Shown: piece after piece, positions 37,074 to 48,592 of the stretch
Layout of the letters: each line of letters starts with the position of its first letter
How positions within the stretch are numbered: the stretch's first letter is position 1
Sequence record: MZ892903.1
Length of the DNA: 64,000 nt
From: Escherichia phage ELT1
Reading direction: 5' to 3' (one strand)
Translations under genes and position numbers: made by a program
The notes under the pieces: model-generated
What the model was told of the DNA's origin: nothing
The model's input: the letters and a program-made list of their open reading frames with translations, nothing else
The model's database searches: none

Positions 37074-37912
37074 TAGAATGCTCCTTGGAAAATATTATCA
37101 CCACAAGTAGGTCTATTATACAAATACTCTATACCGCCGGGTTTAATATAGTTCCATGTCTGAAACGGATGTGTCTGATATGGATGATATAGATGATTAT
37201 AAGGATTTAATCCAGGCGTTCTCCAGGTAGTGTTCCAAGGAAAAGAATCGTTTTTAACCATCTTCTCAATTAAATCTTTTATAGCTTTTTCACTATCAAA
37301 ACTTTCTTTATTTTCCTTCGGCGAAAAAAGCTTATTTTCTACATCATTCCATGTATAAACTCGCTGCGCAGTTTTTGGAATACTGTCACGTTCCCCTCGA
37401 GCCATCCAATAAACTGGAACATTTAATATTTCACTCGCATGATCGCAGTGATGAGCGAGATCGTCAATATAACAAATTACGTTATATTTCTCTTTTGCCT
37501 TTTTGAACAGCTCTTCTTTTGAAGAATCATGACCACACATCATTACTTCTGAGAAGGCACCAGGAAAAAGAGCATTCAAATTAAATTGACGATTCAACAG
37601 AGCGTCAATAGAATCACCCAGTGCTGTAACAGCTACAAAATTATAATCTTCTTTTAATTTGTTAATTACACACAGAGCATCTTTATATGGAGACAAGTAA
37701 CGAATAAAATCTGAACGATTGTATTTTTCAATTAACTTGACACCAAGTTCTTCATCACAATTAAAGAGTTTACCTGGAGAAATAAATTTCTCATCTTGGA
37801 TCATTTTTAAAATATGTTCTAATGGAAGATTATATTTCTGAGCAAAATAAGGAAGACCTGATTGCCAGCTTAAACATACTCCATCAATATCAGTTAAAAT
37901 AGTAGGCTTCAT
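37073..37912 (-). CDS. HAD-superfamily phosphatase-like protein (possible nucleotidase; 30.2-like position)
   Basis: 279 aa, N-terminal motif ILTDIDGV. Confidence 0.55.
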   Translation of the reverse strand: MKPTILTDIDGVCLSWQSGLPYFAQKYNLPLEHILKMIQDEKFISPGKLFNCDEELGVKLIEKYNRSDFIRYLSPYKDALCVINKLKEDYNFVAVTALGDSIDALLNRQFNLNALFPGAFSEVMMCGHDSSKEELFKKAKEKYNVICYIDDLAHHCDHASEILNVPVYWMARGERDSIPKTAQRVYTWNDVENKLFSPKENKESFDSEKAIKDLIEKMVKNDSFPWNTTWRTPGLNPYNHLYHPYQTHPFQTWNYIKPGGIEYLYNRPTCGDNIFQGAF

Positions 37913-38373
37913 AGAGAGTCTCTTAATAGGTTTAACACATCAATAAATTCAGCTTCGGTTAGTATTGTATCATCTTTTGTTAGACCACTAGCCATGCTGT
38001 GCTTCAAAACTTTTCCTTTCGAGGCTTGTAATGCATCACGAAAGCCCTTGTTTTGAATCGCTGCTTCAAAATATGCATTTGTGTATAATTCTTTCCACGC
38101 CGGGGAGTATCTTGAAAACGGAACTCCAAGCCAGAAGAGGGTCCCACGGTCCTGAGCTCTAGCATAAGACCTTCCAGCTTGTTGAGCGGCAAGCCCGGAT
38201 AACCCAAATATACGACGTTGTTGTTCAACATTTTTCACCTTGCACCCTTGGAGGAATCCTTCAAGACCTCCAAATTGAATACCATCCATAACGAAAGGCC
38301 ATTGGGCGAAATTACTTAATGCACATGATGGCCACCTAAAATTGCTTCTAATCTCTAACTCAGACATTTTCAA
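37909..38373 (-). CDS. hypothetical protein (30.3-like)
   Basis: 154-aa ORF. Confidence 0.6.
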   Translation of the reverse strand: MKMSELEIRSNFRWPSCALSNFAQWPFVMDGIQFGGLEGFLQGCKVKNVEQQRRIFGLSGLAAQQAGRSYARAQDRGTLFWLGVPFSRYSPAWKELYTNAYFEAAIQNKGFRDALQASKGKVLKHSMASGLTKDDTILTEAEFIDVLNLLRDSL

Positions 38374-38566
38374 TGCTTATAATTTCAACATCAGCCCAAT
38401 GACCATAGCAAGGAAGACGAAATTCAACTGGCCAGTTAGGGTCCTTTTCTAATATAATAGACTCAACTCGTGGTTCTTCATGTTCATCAGTATATGGATT
38501 TTTATCCGTTACTTTATATGTGACCTTAATGTACTGAATTCCAAAAATCTTATTAATTATATTCAT
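38360..38566 (-). CDS. hypothetical small protein
   Basis: 68-aa ORF in compact operon. Confidence 0.5.
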   Translation of the reverse strand: MNIINKIFGIQYIKVTYKVTDKNPYTDEHEEPRVESIILEKDPNWPVEFRLPCYGHWADVEIISIENV

Positions 38567-38760
38567 ACTAATTCCTTTAATCCGTAAATAGGAGATAATT
38601 CATCACCCATACGAAGGTCTTCATTTCCATCTACCCAGGAAACAATATAAGCCTCTTTTATTTGAATACCACTCCATTTAAATGGAGGTAGAACCTTAGA
38701 AATTAATCCAGGTATACCAACTCCCTTTAATTCAACAGTTTGACCTAAAAAGAATTTCAT
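38563..38760 (-). CDS. hypothetical small protein
   Basis: 65-aa ORF, overlapping start/stop. Confidence 0.5.
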   Translation of the reverse strand: MKFFLGQTVELKGVGIPGLISKVLPPFKWSGIQIKEAYIVSWVDGNEDLRMGDELSPIYGLKELV

Positions 38761-39047
38761 TAGAACCTCATCTGAAAGCCATGTGATTTAACATTACCGC
38801 CGCCAATATCAGAAATGTTAATTTCACGCGCAATTGAAGGGTCAATGTCAATTTCACGATTGAGTTTAGCGATAGCTAAAGTATCGCGCCCATTTACAGT
38901 ACGGAACTCTAAAGGACAGACTACATTAACATAGTTTTTAATCGATTCACTGGTAGGTTGCAAATGAGCAGGAAGGTCTTTAGGCGCCTTTGAGAAAACC
39001 ACTTCACAGAAATTTTTGCGGGTGTCAAAATAAGTAGTCATAAACAT
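38760..39047 (-). CDS. hypothetical protein
   Basis: 95-aa ORF. Confidence 0.55.
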   Translation of the reverse strand: MFMTTYFDTRKNFCEVVFSKAPKDLPAHLQPTSESIKNYVNVVCPLEFRTVNGRDTLAIAKLNREIDIDPSIAREINISDIGGGNVKSHGFQMRF

Positions 39048-39086
39048 AGTATTTTCCTCAATAGGGGCCGAAGACCCTGTTTTATT

Positions 39087-39452
39087 TTAAATATCAAATT
39101 CGTTAAGAACTACATCAAAGATTGCTTCAAGATGCTCAGGTTTAGCTCTGTTACTCAAAATATGACGAATCCAAGTTTTAACCAGAAGCTTACGATTGAC
39201 GCCATTCCAGCAAGGATGAGTACCTAAATCGCGTTGACGGAAATCATCATCTAATGCGATTTTAAAAGAAGAACCTTCTTTCGTGATTGAAACCGTGATG
39301 CCATTTTCAAATCGCATATAAACGTAATTAGGAGTCATATACTGTTCAATTTCGCATACTGATCCATTTTGATGTTTCCAAAGGCAGATAGTATCAATAG
39401 AACCTGCAATACCGTTAGAAACATATTTACGTTCAAAGTTGATGTAGTTCAT
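39087..39452 (-). CDS. hypothetical protein
   Basis: 121-aa ORF downstream of predicted early promoter. Confidence 0.6.
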   Translation of the reverse strand: MNYINFERKYVSNGIAGSIDTICLWKHQNGSVCEIEQYMTPNYVYMRFENGITVSITKEGSSFKIALDDDFRQRDLGTHPCWNGVNRKLLVKTWIRHILSNRAKPEHLEAIFDVVLNEFDI

Positions 39453-39477
39453 TTTTATTCTCCGAGATGTTTAATTG

Positions 39478-39517
39478 CGGTACAGGTATATAATATCATA
39501 TCCTGTACCAAAGTAAA
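39478..39517 (-). promoter_or_regulatory. predicted sigma70-type early promoter with -10 element inside an 8-bp inverted repeat
   Basis: minus strand GTTTAC-17 bp-TGaTATTAT; arms ggtacagg (39478-39485) and cctgtacc (39501-39508). Confidence 0.55.
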
Positions 39518-39520
39518 CAA

Positions 39521-39853
39521 TTATTTTACTACTTTCCAGTGCTGCATGTCAAGTTTACCAACTTTTTTCATCTTCTCAATTAAGCGTTCGGCACGTTGGC
39601 GCGCTGTAACATAATACCATTCACCTAATTCATTTTGTTCAATTTTTCCAACGATTACTGTATTCAATTCATAAATCCAACCAGTAAAGAAATTATGAAC
39701 TTGAATTGTAAAGGTGAAATCTGTTCCCATACCTTCTGTTGTTTCCACTTCAATAATATCACCTTCAACTGCCATTAAGAACCACATAGTTTCATCATAT
39801 TTACCATTGAAACATTTAGTTTTAACTGTAGCGTTCAGATTAATCGTTTTCAT
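39521..39853 (-). CDS. hypothetical protein
   Basis: 110-aa ORF, AGGAG SD. Confidence 0.6.
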   Translation of the reverse strand: MKTINLNATVKTKCFNGKYDETMWFLMAVEGDIIEVETTEGMGTDFTFTIQVHNFFTGWIYELNTVIVGKIEQNELGEWYYVTARQRAERLIEKMKKVGKLDMQHWKVVK

Positions 39854-39880
39854 TTTATTCTCCTTTGTTTGTGTAAGATA

Positions 39881-39910
39881 ATACTATCACAAAGGAACCA
39901 TACTGTAAAC
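39881..39910 (-). promoter_or_regulatory. predicted early promoter
   Basis: minus strand GTTTAC-18 bp-TAGTAT with TGa extension. Confidence 0.45.
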
Positions 39911-39940
39911 AACTTTGTGCAATCTTTGGAAAATAAAAAA

Positions 39941-39958
39941 GGACTCCCGAAGGAGTCC
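39941..39958 (-). terminator. rho-independent terminator (minus strand) after the basic small ORF
   Basis: ggactcc-cgaa-ggagtcc; T-run follows on minus strand. Confidence 0.65.
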
Positions 39959-39963
39959 TCAAC

Positions 39964-40140
39964 TTATGCTTTCTGCTTACCAAAACGAGAAGCATCATCT
40001 CGAAGAACCGCACGTGCTCGGCGCATGATCTTCTCAACAGTTTGATTGATACGAGAGTTCGACCCACGCTTGTAACCAGCGCGTTTAGAATCACCAACTT
40101 TCTTTTCAACTGCTTTCTTTGCTTTAGCTTGTTTTGCCAT
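39964..40140 (-). CDS. small highly basic protein (30.9-like position)
   Basis: Start taken at internal ATG 40140 (MAKQAKAKKAV...); Lys/Arg-rich. Confidence 0.5.
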   Translation of the reverse strand: MAKQAKAKKAVEKKVGDSKRAGYKRGSNSRINQTVEKIMRRARAVLRDDASRFGKQKA

Positions 40141-40428
40141 TATAAATTCTCTTTTAAATGAAAATGCAGGACTTATTGGCATTGCCTGCGAAAGCCCTCA
40201 AGGGGTACTTAGGTTTTGAATATTTACCGACAGGATAACCATAAACCTCGTCAACATACCACCAAGACTTACACAGATAACACTTTTCTGACGCATGATA
40301 GTAACATTCAAGAGGTACACCGTAAAACTGCCGGGGTCTTAAAACTATAATGATTCGCAAATCATCAATCAGACAGTTCGACGGCTCCTCGATTTTAGCT
40401 CACACTAAGGCAGTGAATCTCCAGTAAA

Positions 40429-40677
40429 TTACTTCAGTGTTACCACAAAGTGACGAACTGCTTTTCGTGCAGCAGAAGCCAGAGGCTTAGCATATTTAAG
40501 TTCATCTTTTTCCTGAAGCTCAGCAGCTAATGCAGTTTGAGCAGGATTCAGATGTTTGAAATAACGCAGGATTTCAAGAGCTTCGGCTTCAACATCAATA
40601 GATGCGCCATAGTTTTCGTGACCATTATTCCATGCGTTTCGTTGCAGTTCAAGAGCGTGTTGTAGTTGTTTAATCAT
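40429..40677 (-). CDS. rIII: lysis inhibition accessory protein rIII
   Basis: 82 aa, position before gene 31. Confidence 0.75.
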   Translation of the reverse strand: MIKQLQHALELQRNAWNNGHENYGASIDVEAEALEILRYFKHLNPAQTALAAELQEKDELKYAKPLASAARKAVRHFVVTLK

Positions 40678-40824
40678 TTAAAAATTCTCGTTAGAGATTA
40701 AAACTCGGTAGTCACGTTCTTCTGAATTTCATCTTCTTTCGACAGATCTCTCAGTTGTAGACTACCACGTAGAATTGTTCGGTTAACTTATTATTCCGAC
40801 ACCCAATTCATATTATTATTTATA

Positions 40825-41160
40825 TCACTTATAAAGACACGGAATAGCTTTATAGTGACAAGTGACGAATTTTTGTTTAATTTCTTTTGGCTGCTTAAGA
40901 CCCAGAGCTACAAAAGGATGCGGAACGTTTCGAATTTGACCAACTGGCAGAGAAGTCAAATCACCAACTTCGCAGAAACCTTCAGGAACATCAGGACCAA
41001 CAGAGTGAACTACACACAGTTCAGGAACTTCACCTTGAACACGTTTACCGATAATAAGTCCTGATTCTGTAACTTCTTCATCACCGGCTTGTGCAGGTTC
41101 AGAAACTAAAATAACATATTCACCGACAGCACGAATTGGTAGCTGTTGTACTTCAGACAT
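40825..41160 (-). CDS. 31: capsid assembly co-chaperonin gp31 (GroES-like)
   Basis: 111 aa, matches recalled T4 gp31. Confidence 0.9.
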
Positions 41161-41216
41161 CGTTTTTCCTTTTTGTTAACAGATGAATTAATAATAACAA
41201 ATAATTCTTAAAGCAT

Positions 41217-41525
41217 TTATTTACCAATAAATTGAAGCAAATGCTCAACTTTCATACCATTAACGGAAATCAATTTATCAATAGAAAAACCTCGCCATGC
41301 ACCGAGTTCAACATCAAATACCGGAATCATATCAGTAGATTCTTTCCGAGCACATTCAGTCAATTTACCAGTTTGCATGGTTGGCATAAAGTCCGCATCA
41401 CGAGTGCCTTTCATAGTACGAATAGTACCATCAGACTTTTCAAAAACTACGTTTGAAACCCCCATGGACAATTTAGTTTTCAAAATTTCACGAATTGCTA
41501 CTTTTTGTTCAGTTGTCAGTTTCAT
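41217..41525 (-). CDS. hypothetical protein (31.1-like)
   Basis: 102-aa ORF. Confidence 0.6.
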   Translation of the reverse strand: MKLTTEQKVAIREILKTKLSMGVSNVVFEKSDGTIRTMKGTRDADFMPTMQTGKLTECARKESTDMIPVFDVELGAWRGFSIDKLISVNGMKVEHLLQFIGK

Positions 41526-41762
41526 TTATTTACCTATTACAGTTTTAATATGAGTTGTTCCACGTTCTTTAAGAGTGGAAAGCAATTTTTGACATTTTTC
41601 TAAATCAGATTTCCAACTATACGGCCTATCAATGCAAACCCATTCTGACTTATAATACTGTTTCCATTTAGAGAAAAAATATTTCTTATACTCTACAGCA
41701 AATGAAATGTTCTCGTTAGAATAAGAACTAATTGCTGTGAGCTGTACCAAACGAAATTTCAT
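41526..41762 (-). CDS. hypothetical protein (31.2-like)
   Basis: 78-aa ORF. Confidence 0.55.
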   Translation of the reverse strand: MKFRLVQLTAISSYSNENISFAVEYKKYFFSKWKQYYKSEWVCIDRPYSWKSDLEKCQKLLSTLKERGTTHIKTVIGK

Positions 41763-42343
41763 TATTCACCACAGAATTCGTTGATATTTTCCCAGTTTAA
41801 CTTATTCAAGTTTTTCTTAGGAACATTAAACACTTCAATACCCGCATTTCGCAGAATATCATCCCAGCCAGGTTTATTTTTATCGTATGTTTCGCAATAA
41901 ACCAGCTTTTTAATTCCAGATTGAGCTATTGCTTTTGCACAATCTGGGCAAGGAGAAAGTGTTACATACATAGTAGCACCTTCAATTGAAGAACCGTTTC
42001 GTGCAGCAAACAAAATCGCATTTAGTTCAGCATGAATTTCATTTTTAGACGACCATTCAGAGTGAGCGCTACGGTGTTCTTTCGCCAAGACAAAACGATC
42101 AGTTGAACCAAATGATACGCATTCAGGCTTATGACCTTGAATGATAGTATGTTTAGGCTTATTCAACAACCAACCTTGCTCAGCAGCATAATCACAACAG
42201 TTCACTCCCCCTGCGGGTGAACCATTATACCCAGTAGAAATAATACGTCCATTCTTTTCAATTACTGCTCCGACCTTCCAGGAGCAACATTTTGATTCCT
42301 GCGATACTAAATATGCAATTTGAAGTACTGTACTCGCTTTCAT
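41762..42343 (-). CDS. cd: dCMP deaminase
   Basis: 193 aa, zinc-binding motifs HAELNAI and PCPDCAKAI. Confidence 0.9.
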   Translation of the reverse strand: MKASTVLQIAYLVSQESKCCSWKVGAVIEKNGRIISTGYNGSPAGGVNCCDYAAEQGWLLNKPKHTIIQGHKPECVSFGSTDRFVLAKEHRSAHSEWSSKNEIHAELNAILFAARNGSSIEGATMYVTLSPCPDCAKAIAQSGIKKLVYCETYDKNKPGWDDILRNAGIEVFNVPKKNLNKLNWENINEFCGE

Positions 42344-42678
42344 TTCATAATCACCAGATAAGCAGATTTAGCAGTTTCAACACGATAAATTTCGTGACGA
42401 AGTTTAGTTATACTTTTAATAACAGAACTAATTATATTCTGCCCGTCTTTAAAGCGGTTTTTCTTATCAATAAAAACTGCGCCAGTCATCTTTTTGTGAA
42501 GCTCAACTGGATACTTCGTCACAATAATAGCATCATACACAGAAGGATGAATACTATTCACCAGAGTATCATTCATTAAAGTTATTCTAATGAACTTTGC
42601 TGTTTCAGAATCAAGCGCTCTATGATCACCAGTATCATTTTCAAGACAATTATCAATTATATCAGTTAAATTCATCAT
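42340..42678 (-). CDS. hypothetical protein (cd.1-like)
   Basis: 112-aa ORF. Confidence 0.6.
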   Translation of the reverse strand: MMNLTDIIDNCLENDTGDHRALDSETAKFIRITLMNDTLVNSIHPSVYDAIIVTKYPVELHKKMTGAVFIDKKNRFKDGQNIISSVIKSITKLRHEIYRVETAKSAYLVIMK

Positions 42679-42911
42679 AGTACGCCATACACCCTTTGTG
42701 CTTCAACTAATCCATCAAAATCCAGTTTAAGATGCGATATTTGATCGCCATCACCTGGATTCACAATTACTAATACTGAACGAGGAGTTTCGGTAATAAC
42801 ACGAACCGATGTTTCAGGAAATCGTTCAGAAACCTTATTTACCAATTCCTGAGCAAATAGTTTAACTTTTTCTTGGAATTCTTTAACAGTAATTGGTTTT
42901 TCGCTTAGCAT
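42675..42911 (-). CDS. hypothetical protein
   Basis: 78-aa ORF. Confidence 0.55.
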   Translation of the reverse strand: MLSEKPITVKEFQEKVKLFAQELVNKVSERFPETSVRVITETPRSVLVIVNPGDGDQISHLKLDFDGLVEAQRVYGVL

Positions 42912-43432
42912 GTTGATCCCAGCTCCATACTTTCAACGTTTTTAACTAATTTGACAGAAACTAATTCGGCATCTTGAGTAATCATTACCGGACCTTCTTC
43001 ATACTCTTCAAGATATTCTAGAGCTTTCTTTTTAGCTTCTTCCTTCGTATCAGTTTGAGCATAGATATAGAACATACAACCAGTAATACCTACTACTTTC
43101 CATTTAATTTCTTTATCAGCTTTAATTTCAAATTTACTGACAGAATCATCTTTTTGAACTTCTTCGAAAAAAGAATATTCTAACATATAAGCAATTGAAA
43201 ATAACGGGCTATCTTTATAGGATTCGCCCATTACATCAATAGCTTTATACCAGCAGTCATCAATTTTGCGTTTAATGCTAATAACATTCTTTGCAGGGTC
43301 AATTTTTACTTTAAATGAATTTTCCCCAATAAACTGGGAAATTCGTTTATTAGCCCCGCAAGTTTCATTAAAAATATCTTTATATCCAGTTTTAAAGCGA
43401 TAAACCTTATCTTCTTCAAACCATTCGCTCAT
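42905..43432 (-). CDS. hypothetical protein
   Basis: 175-aa ORF downstream of predicted early promoter. Confidence 0.6.
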   Translation of the reverse strand: MSEWFEEDKVYRFKTGYKDIFNETCGANKRISQFIGENSFKVKIDPAKNVISIKRKIDDCWYKAIDVMGESYKDSPLFSIAYMLEYSFFEEVQKDDSVSKFEIKADKEIKWKVVGITGCMFYIYAQTDTKEEAKKKALEYLEEYEEGPVMITQDAELVSVKLVKNVESMELGSTC

Positions 43433-43453
43433 TTCAATTTCCTCATTTGTTTT

Positions 43454-43492
43454 GGTAGAGCTATAATATCACAACTCTACCATAAAGTAAAC
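43454..43492 (-). promoter_or_regulatory. predicted early promoter with -10 element inside a 7-bp inverted repeat
   Basis: minus strand GTTTAC-18 bp-TATTAT with TGa extension; arms ggtagag / ctctacc. Confidence 0.5.
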
Positions 43493-43494
43493 CA

Positions 43495-43800
43495 TTAAAT
43501 TGCTTTGAATTCTGATGTCTGTGATTCAAAGCGAATATCGCCTTTGATGACTAGCTCAGCATCAAGACCGAATACAACAATGATATGCGCGGAACCTGGA
43601 TACAACGTGATGGCAACAGAATCCACCTGGTCTGGAAGCAAAGTATTCAATACATGAGTCACTTGAGCGTGGATTCGAAGCTCAGCTGCGTTATCAAGTT
43701 TTTCAAACATATTATTAGCGATAATTTGACTAAACACTACTTCTACGATTTTAGAGTAAGTCGGAAACATATTTACCTCACATAATTTTCTTCGAGCCAA
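43495..43800 (-). CDS. hypothetical protein
   Basis: 101-aa ORF. Confidence 0.55.
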   Translation of the reverse strand: MARRKLCEVNMFPTYSKIVEVVFSQIIANNMFEKLDNAAELRIHAQVTHVLNTLLPDQVDSVAITLYPGSAHIIVVFGLDAELVIKGDIRFESQTSEFKAI

Positions 43801-43834
43801 TTAATAATAGTCCAAGTTTCATGGTGCCAAGCCA

Positions 43835-45042
<1,208 letters not shown>

Positions 45043-45270
45043 TTATTTTTTCTCAACCAATGATTGAATATAATCATGTAGGTCTTTAGATGCTTTACCC
45101 CACTTATTTTGATATTCATTTTTAAGATTAGCCCGAGATTGAGCTAATAAAACATCATTAGTTGGAGGTAAAGATTCTAATCGTTGAATCTGGCGCCCAT
45201 AAATCATTGCAGCCATCTCGGATTCATAAATCAATCCTTTGAGATGTTCAAATTGATGCCATGAAATCAT
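45043..45270 (-). CDS. hypothetical protein
   Basis: 75-aa ORF. Confidence 0.5.
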   Translation of the reverse strand: MISWHQFEHLKGLIYESEMAAMIYGRQIQRLESLPPTNDVLLAQSRANLKNEYQNKWGKASKDLHDYIQSLVEKK

Positions 45271-45566
45271 TTACATTTATCCTCTTTTAGCTCTTGACGA
45301 TAATAACATATCATAGTTTTCTGGTCATGTACATATCGTTTTACATCATTAAGCCAAATGCGAAATTCCTGGGAATCTTCAAATGGCATACCGACCCAAG
45401 CTTTACCATCAATAACTTTAACTTGCCAAGATAGTTTAGCTTCGTCATATGACTTTATTTGCACAGGCCAATTAGGATGAACTGTTTCTTTCTTTACTTC
45501 TAGAGGCTTTGTCGAACAACCAACTAGAAGACCAATAGATAATATTACTGCTGATAGTTTAATCAT
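45267..45566 (-). CDS. pseT.2: outer-membrane spanin (o-spanin) lipoprotein
   Basis: 99 aa, signal peptide with lipobox LVGC, C-terminal Cys residues; follows i-spanin with 4-nt overlap. Confidence 0.7.
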   Translation of the reverse strand: MIKLSAVILSIGLLVGCSTKPLEVKKETVHPNWPVQIKSYDEAKLSWQVKVIDGKAWVGMPFEDSQEFRIWLNDVKRYVHDQKTMICYYRQELKEDKCK

Positions 45567-45916
45567 TTAGAAAGGTCCTGGATGTCTTCTGCGAACTTGT
45601 TGAAGGAGTTGTTGATTTGTTTTTCAACCAATCCTGGCTTATGAGCCACCACATCCGCCTTCTTTGCGTCTTTGCGCAGTTTTTCATTTTCACGCTCAAT
45701 AGCAGCAATTGCCTCACGATTTTTATTATTCATCGCATCAATATAATTATACTGAATTCGCAAATTATTTAATGCTAAGGCGTTTTCATTGGACGTTTTT
45801 GTAATTTCTACAACAGACGTTTCTAATCTTTCTACCTTATTTTTTAAAATAATAGATGTTCCGCCAAATGCTATTACAAGTAATAGCAATCCAGCTGTAA
45901 AATTACTTACATGCAT
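45563..45916 (-). CDS. pseT.3: inner-membrane spanin (i-spanin)
   Basis: 117 aa, N-terminal transmembrane helix then charged helical region. Confidence 0.7.
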   Translation of the reverse strand: MHVSNFTAGLLLLVIAFGGTSIILKNKVERLETSVVEITKTSNENALALNNLRIQYNYIDAMNNKNREAIAAIERENEKLRKDAKKADVVAHKPGLVEKQINNSFNKFAEDIQDLSK

Positions 45917-46413
45917 AAAGTTTTAATAACCTCTACAATATCGTCTTGAGAAAGACCGTTAATTAAAATATGATGTTCAGCTGGAGATTTAGAAATTTTA
46001 AAGCATGCCTCAACATCTTCTGCCATATCCGATGCACTACGATTTGGATTACTAACCCCAAGGCGGTGTTTTCCAGTCAAAGGATTAACGATGATGTAGC
46101 ATTTGCAATTATTGATATGAACATTAGGTTGAGTCTGATTAATGAACACTTCACAATCATATTTCGCAAGCTGATTTTCTAAAAAGACTTTCATCTCTTC
46201 AACCGCATCAGGAAGCATATCACGGGCTTGCTCAAGACGACGATTTCGATATTCTTTAATGGTCGTTTTCCGCTTGACTTGCTTTGCTAAATCTTTCTTA
46301 AGATCGGTGATATATCCAACTCGACGATTTCCTTTGAATACAGAAATCCCATCTGTAGTATCACCGTATGCTTCAACGACCATTTCAGTAGTAATAAGTT
46401 GTAAATCCATCAT
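45907..46413 (-). CDS. alc: transcription blocker of cytosine-containing DNA, Alc
   Basis: 168 aa, position between rnlA and spanins. Confidence 0.75.
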   Translation of the reverse strand: MMDLQLITTEMVVEAYGDTTDGISVFKGNRRVGYITDLKKDLAKQVKRKTTIKEYRNRRLEQARDMLPDAVEEMKVFLENQLAKYDCEVFINQTQPNVHINNCKCYIIVNPLTGKHRLGVSNPNRSASDMAEDVEACFKISKSPAEHHILINGLSQDDIVEVIKTLCM

Positions 46414-46417
46414 AAAG

Positions 46418-46471
46418 TCCTCATGTTATGTCAGTAAGTCTACTATAACACAACACGAGGGACTTGTAAAC
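46418..46471 (-). repeat. 54-bp perfect direct repeat, copy B (early promoter + leader + SD cassette upstream of alc)
   Basis: Identical to 32600-32653. Confidence 0.9.
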
Positions 46472-46474
46472 AGC

Positions 46475-48062
<1,588 letters not shown>

Positions 48063-48089
48063 AATAAAATGGGCCTTGCGGCCCACTCC

Positions 48090-48592
48090 TTAAAAATATT
48101 TTTTAAAACTCATCATAACTTTATCATCAACATCATTATCAATCTGTGCTACAAGGTAAGATGACAGTTCTACTTCTTGTGGCGCGGATTGAACATTATC
48201 AGAATTAAGATATTCACGAATCCAAGGATACGGATGTTTAACCGGAGCATCAGTAATTGGGCATGGAAGACCACACTGTTTCATACGAGATACAGTTAAG
48301 TAATCAATAAAGCTCCACATGCTATTTGTATTTAATCCAGGAACATCACCATCTTTAAATAAATGAACTGCCCAGTCTTTTTCTTGGCGGTTGACTTCCA
48401 TAAAAATATCAACTGCTTCTTGTTCACACTCTTGGGCAATTTTAACCCATTCATCACCATCAGTGCCAAGTTGAAGTTGACGAATAATATATTGGGTGCC
48501 TTTAAGGTGAAGCTGCTCGTCACGAGCAATGAACTTCATAATCTTGGCATTACCTTCCATGATTTCCATATTCTTGTGGAAGTTAAAGGTAC
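48090..48592 (-). CDS. nrdB: ribonucleotide reductase small subunit NrdB, exon 2
   Basis: Encodes ...MEGNAKIMKFIARDEQLH... (class Ia R2 ligand region); 3' splice site inferred. Confidence 0.8.

Noticed and set aside
40154-40360. 68-aa minus-strand ORF in the spacer before rIII
   Set aside because: TTG start with no Shine-Dalgarno and no recognisable motif; kept only as part of the ORF-poor spacer observation.
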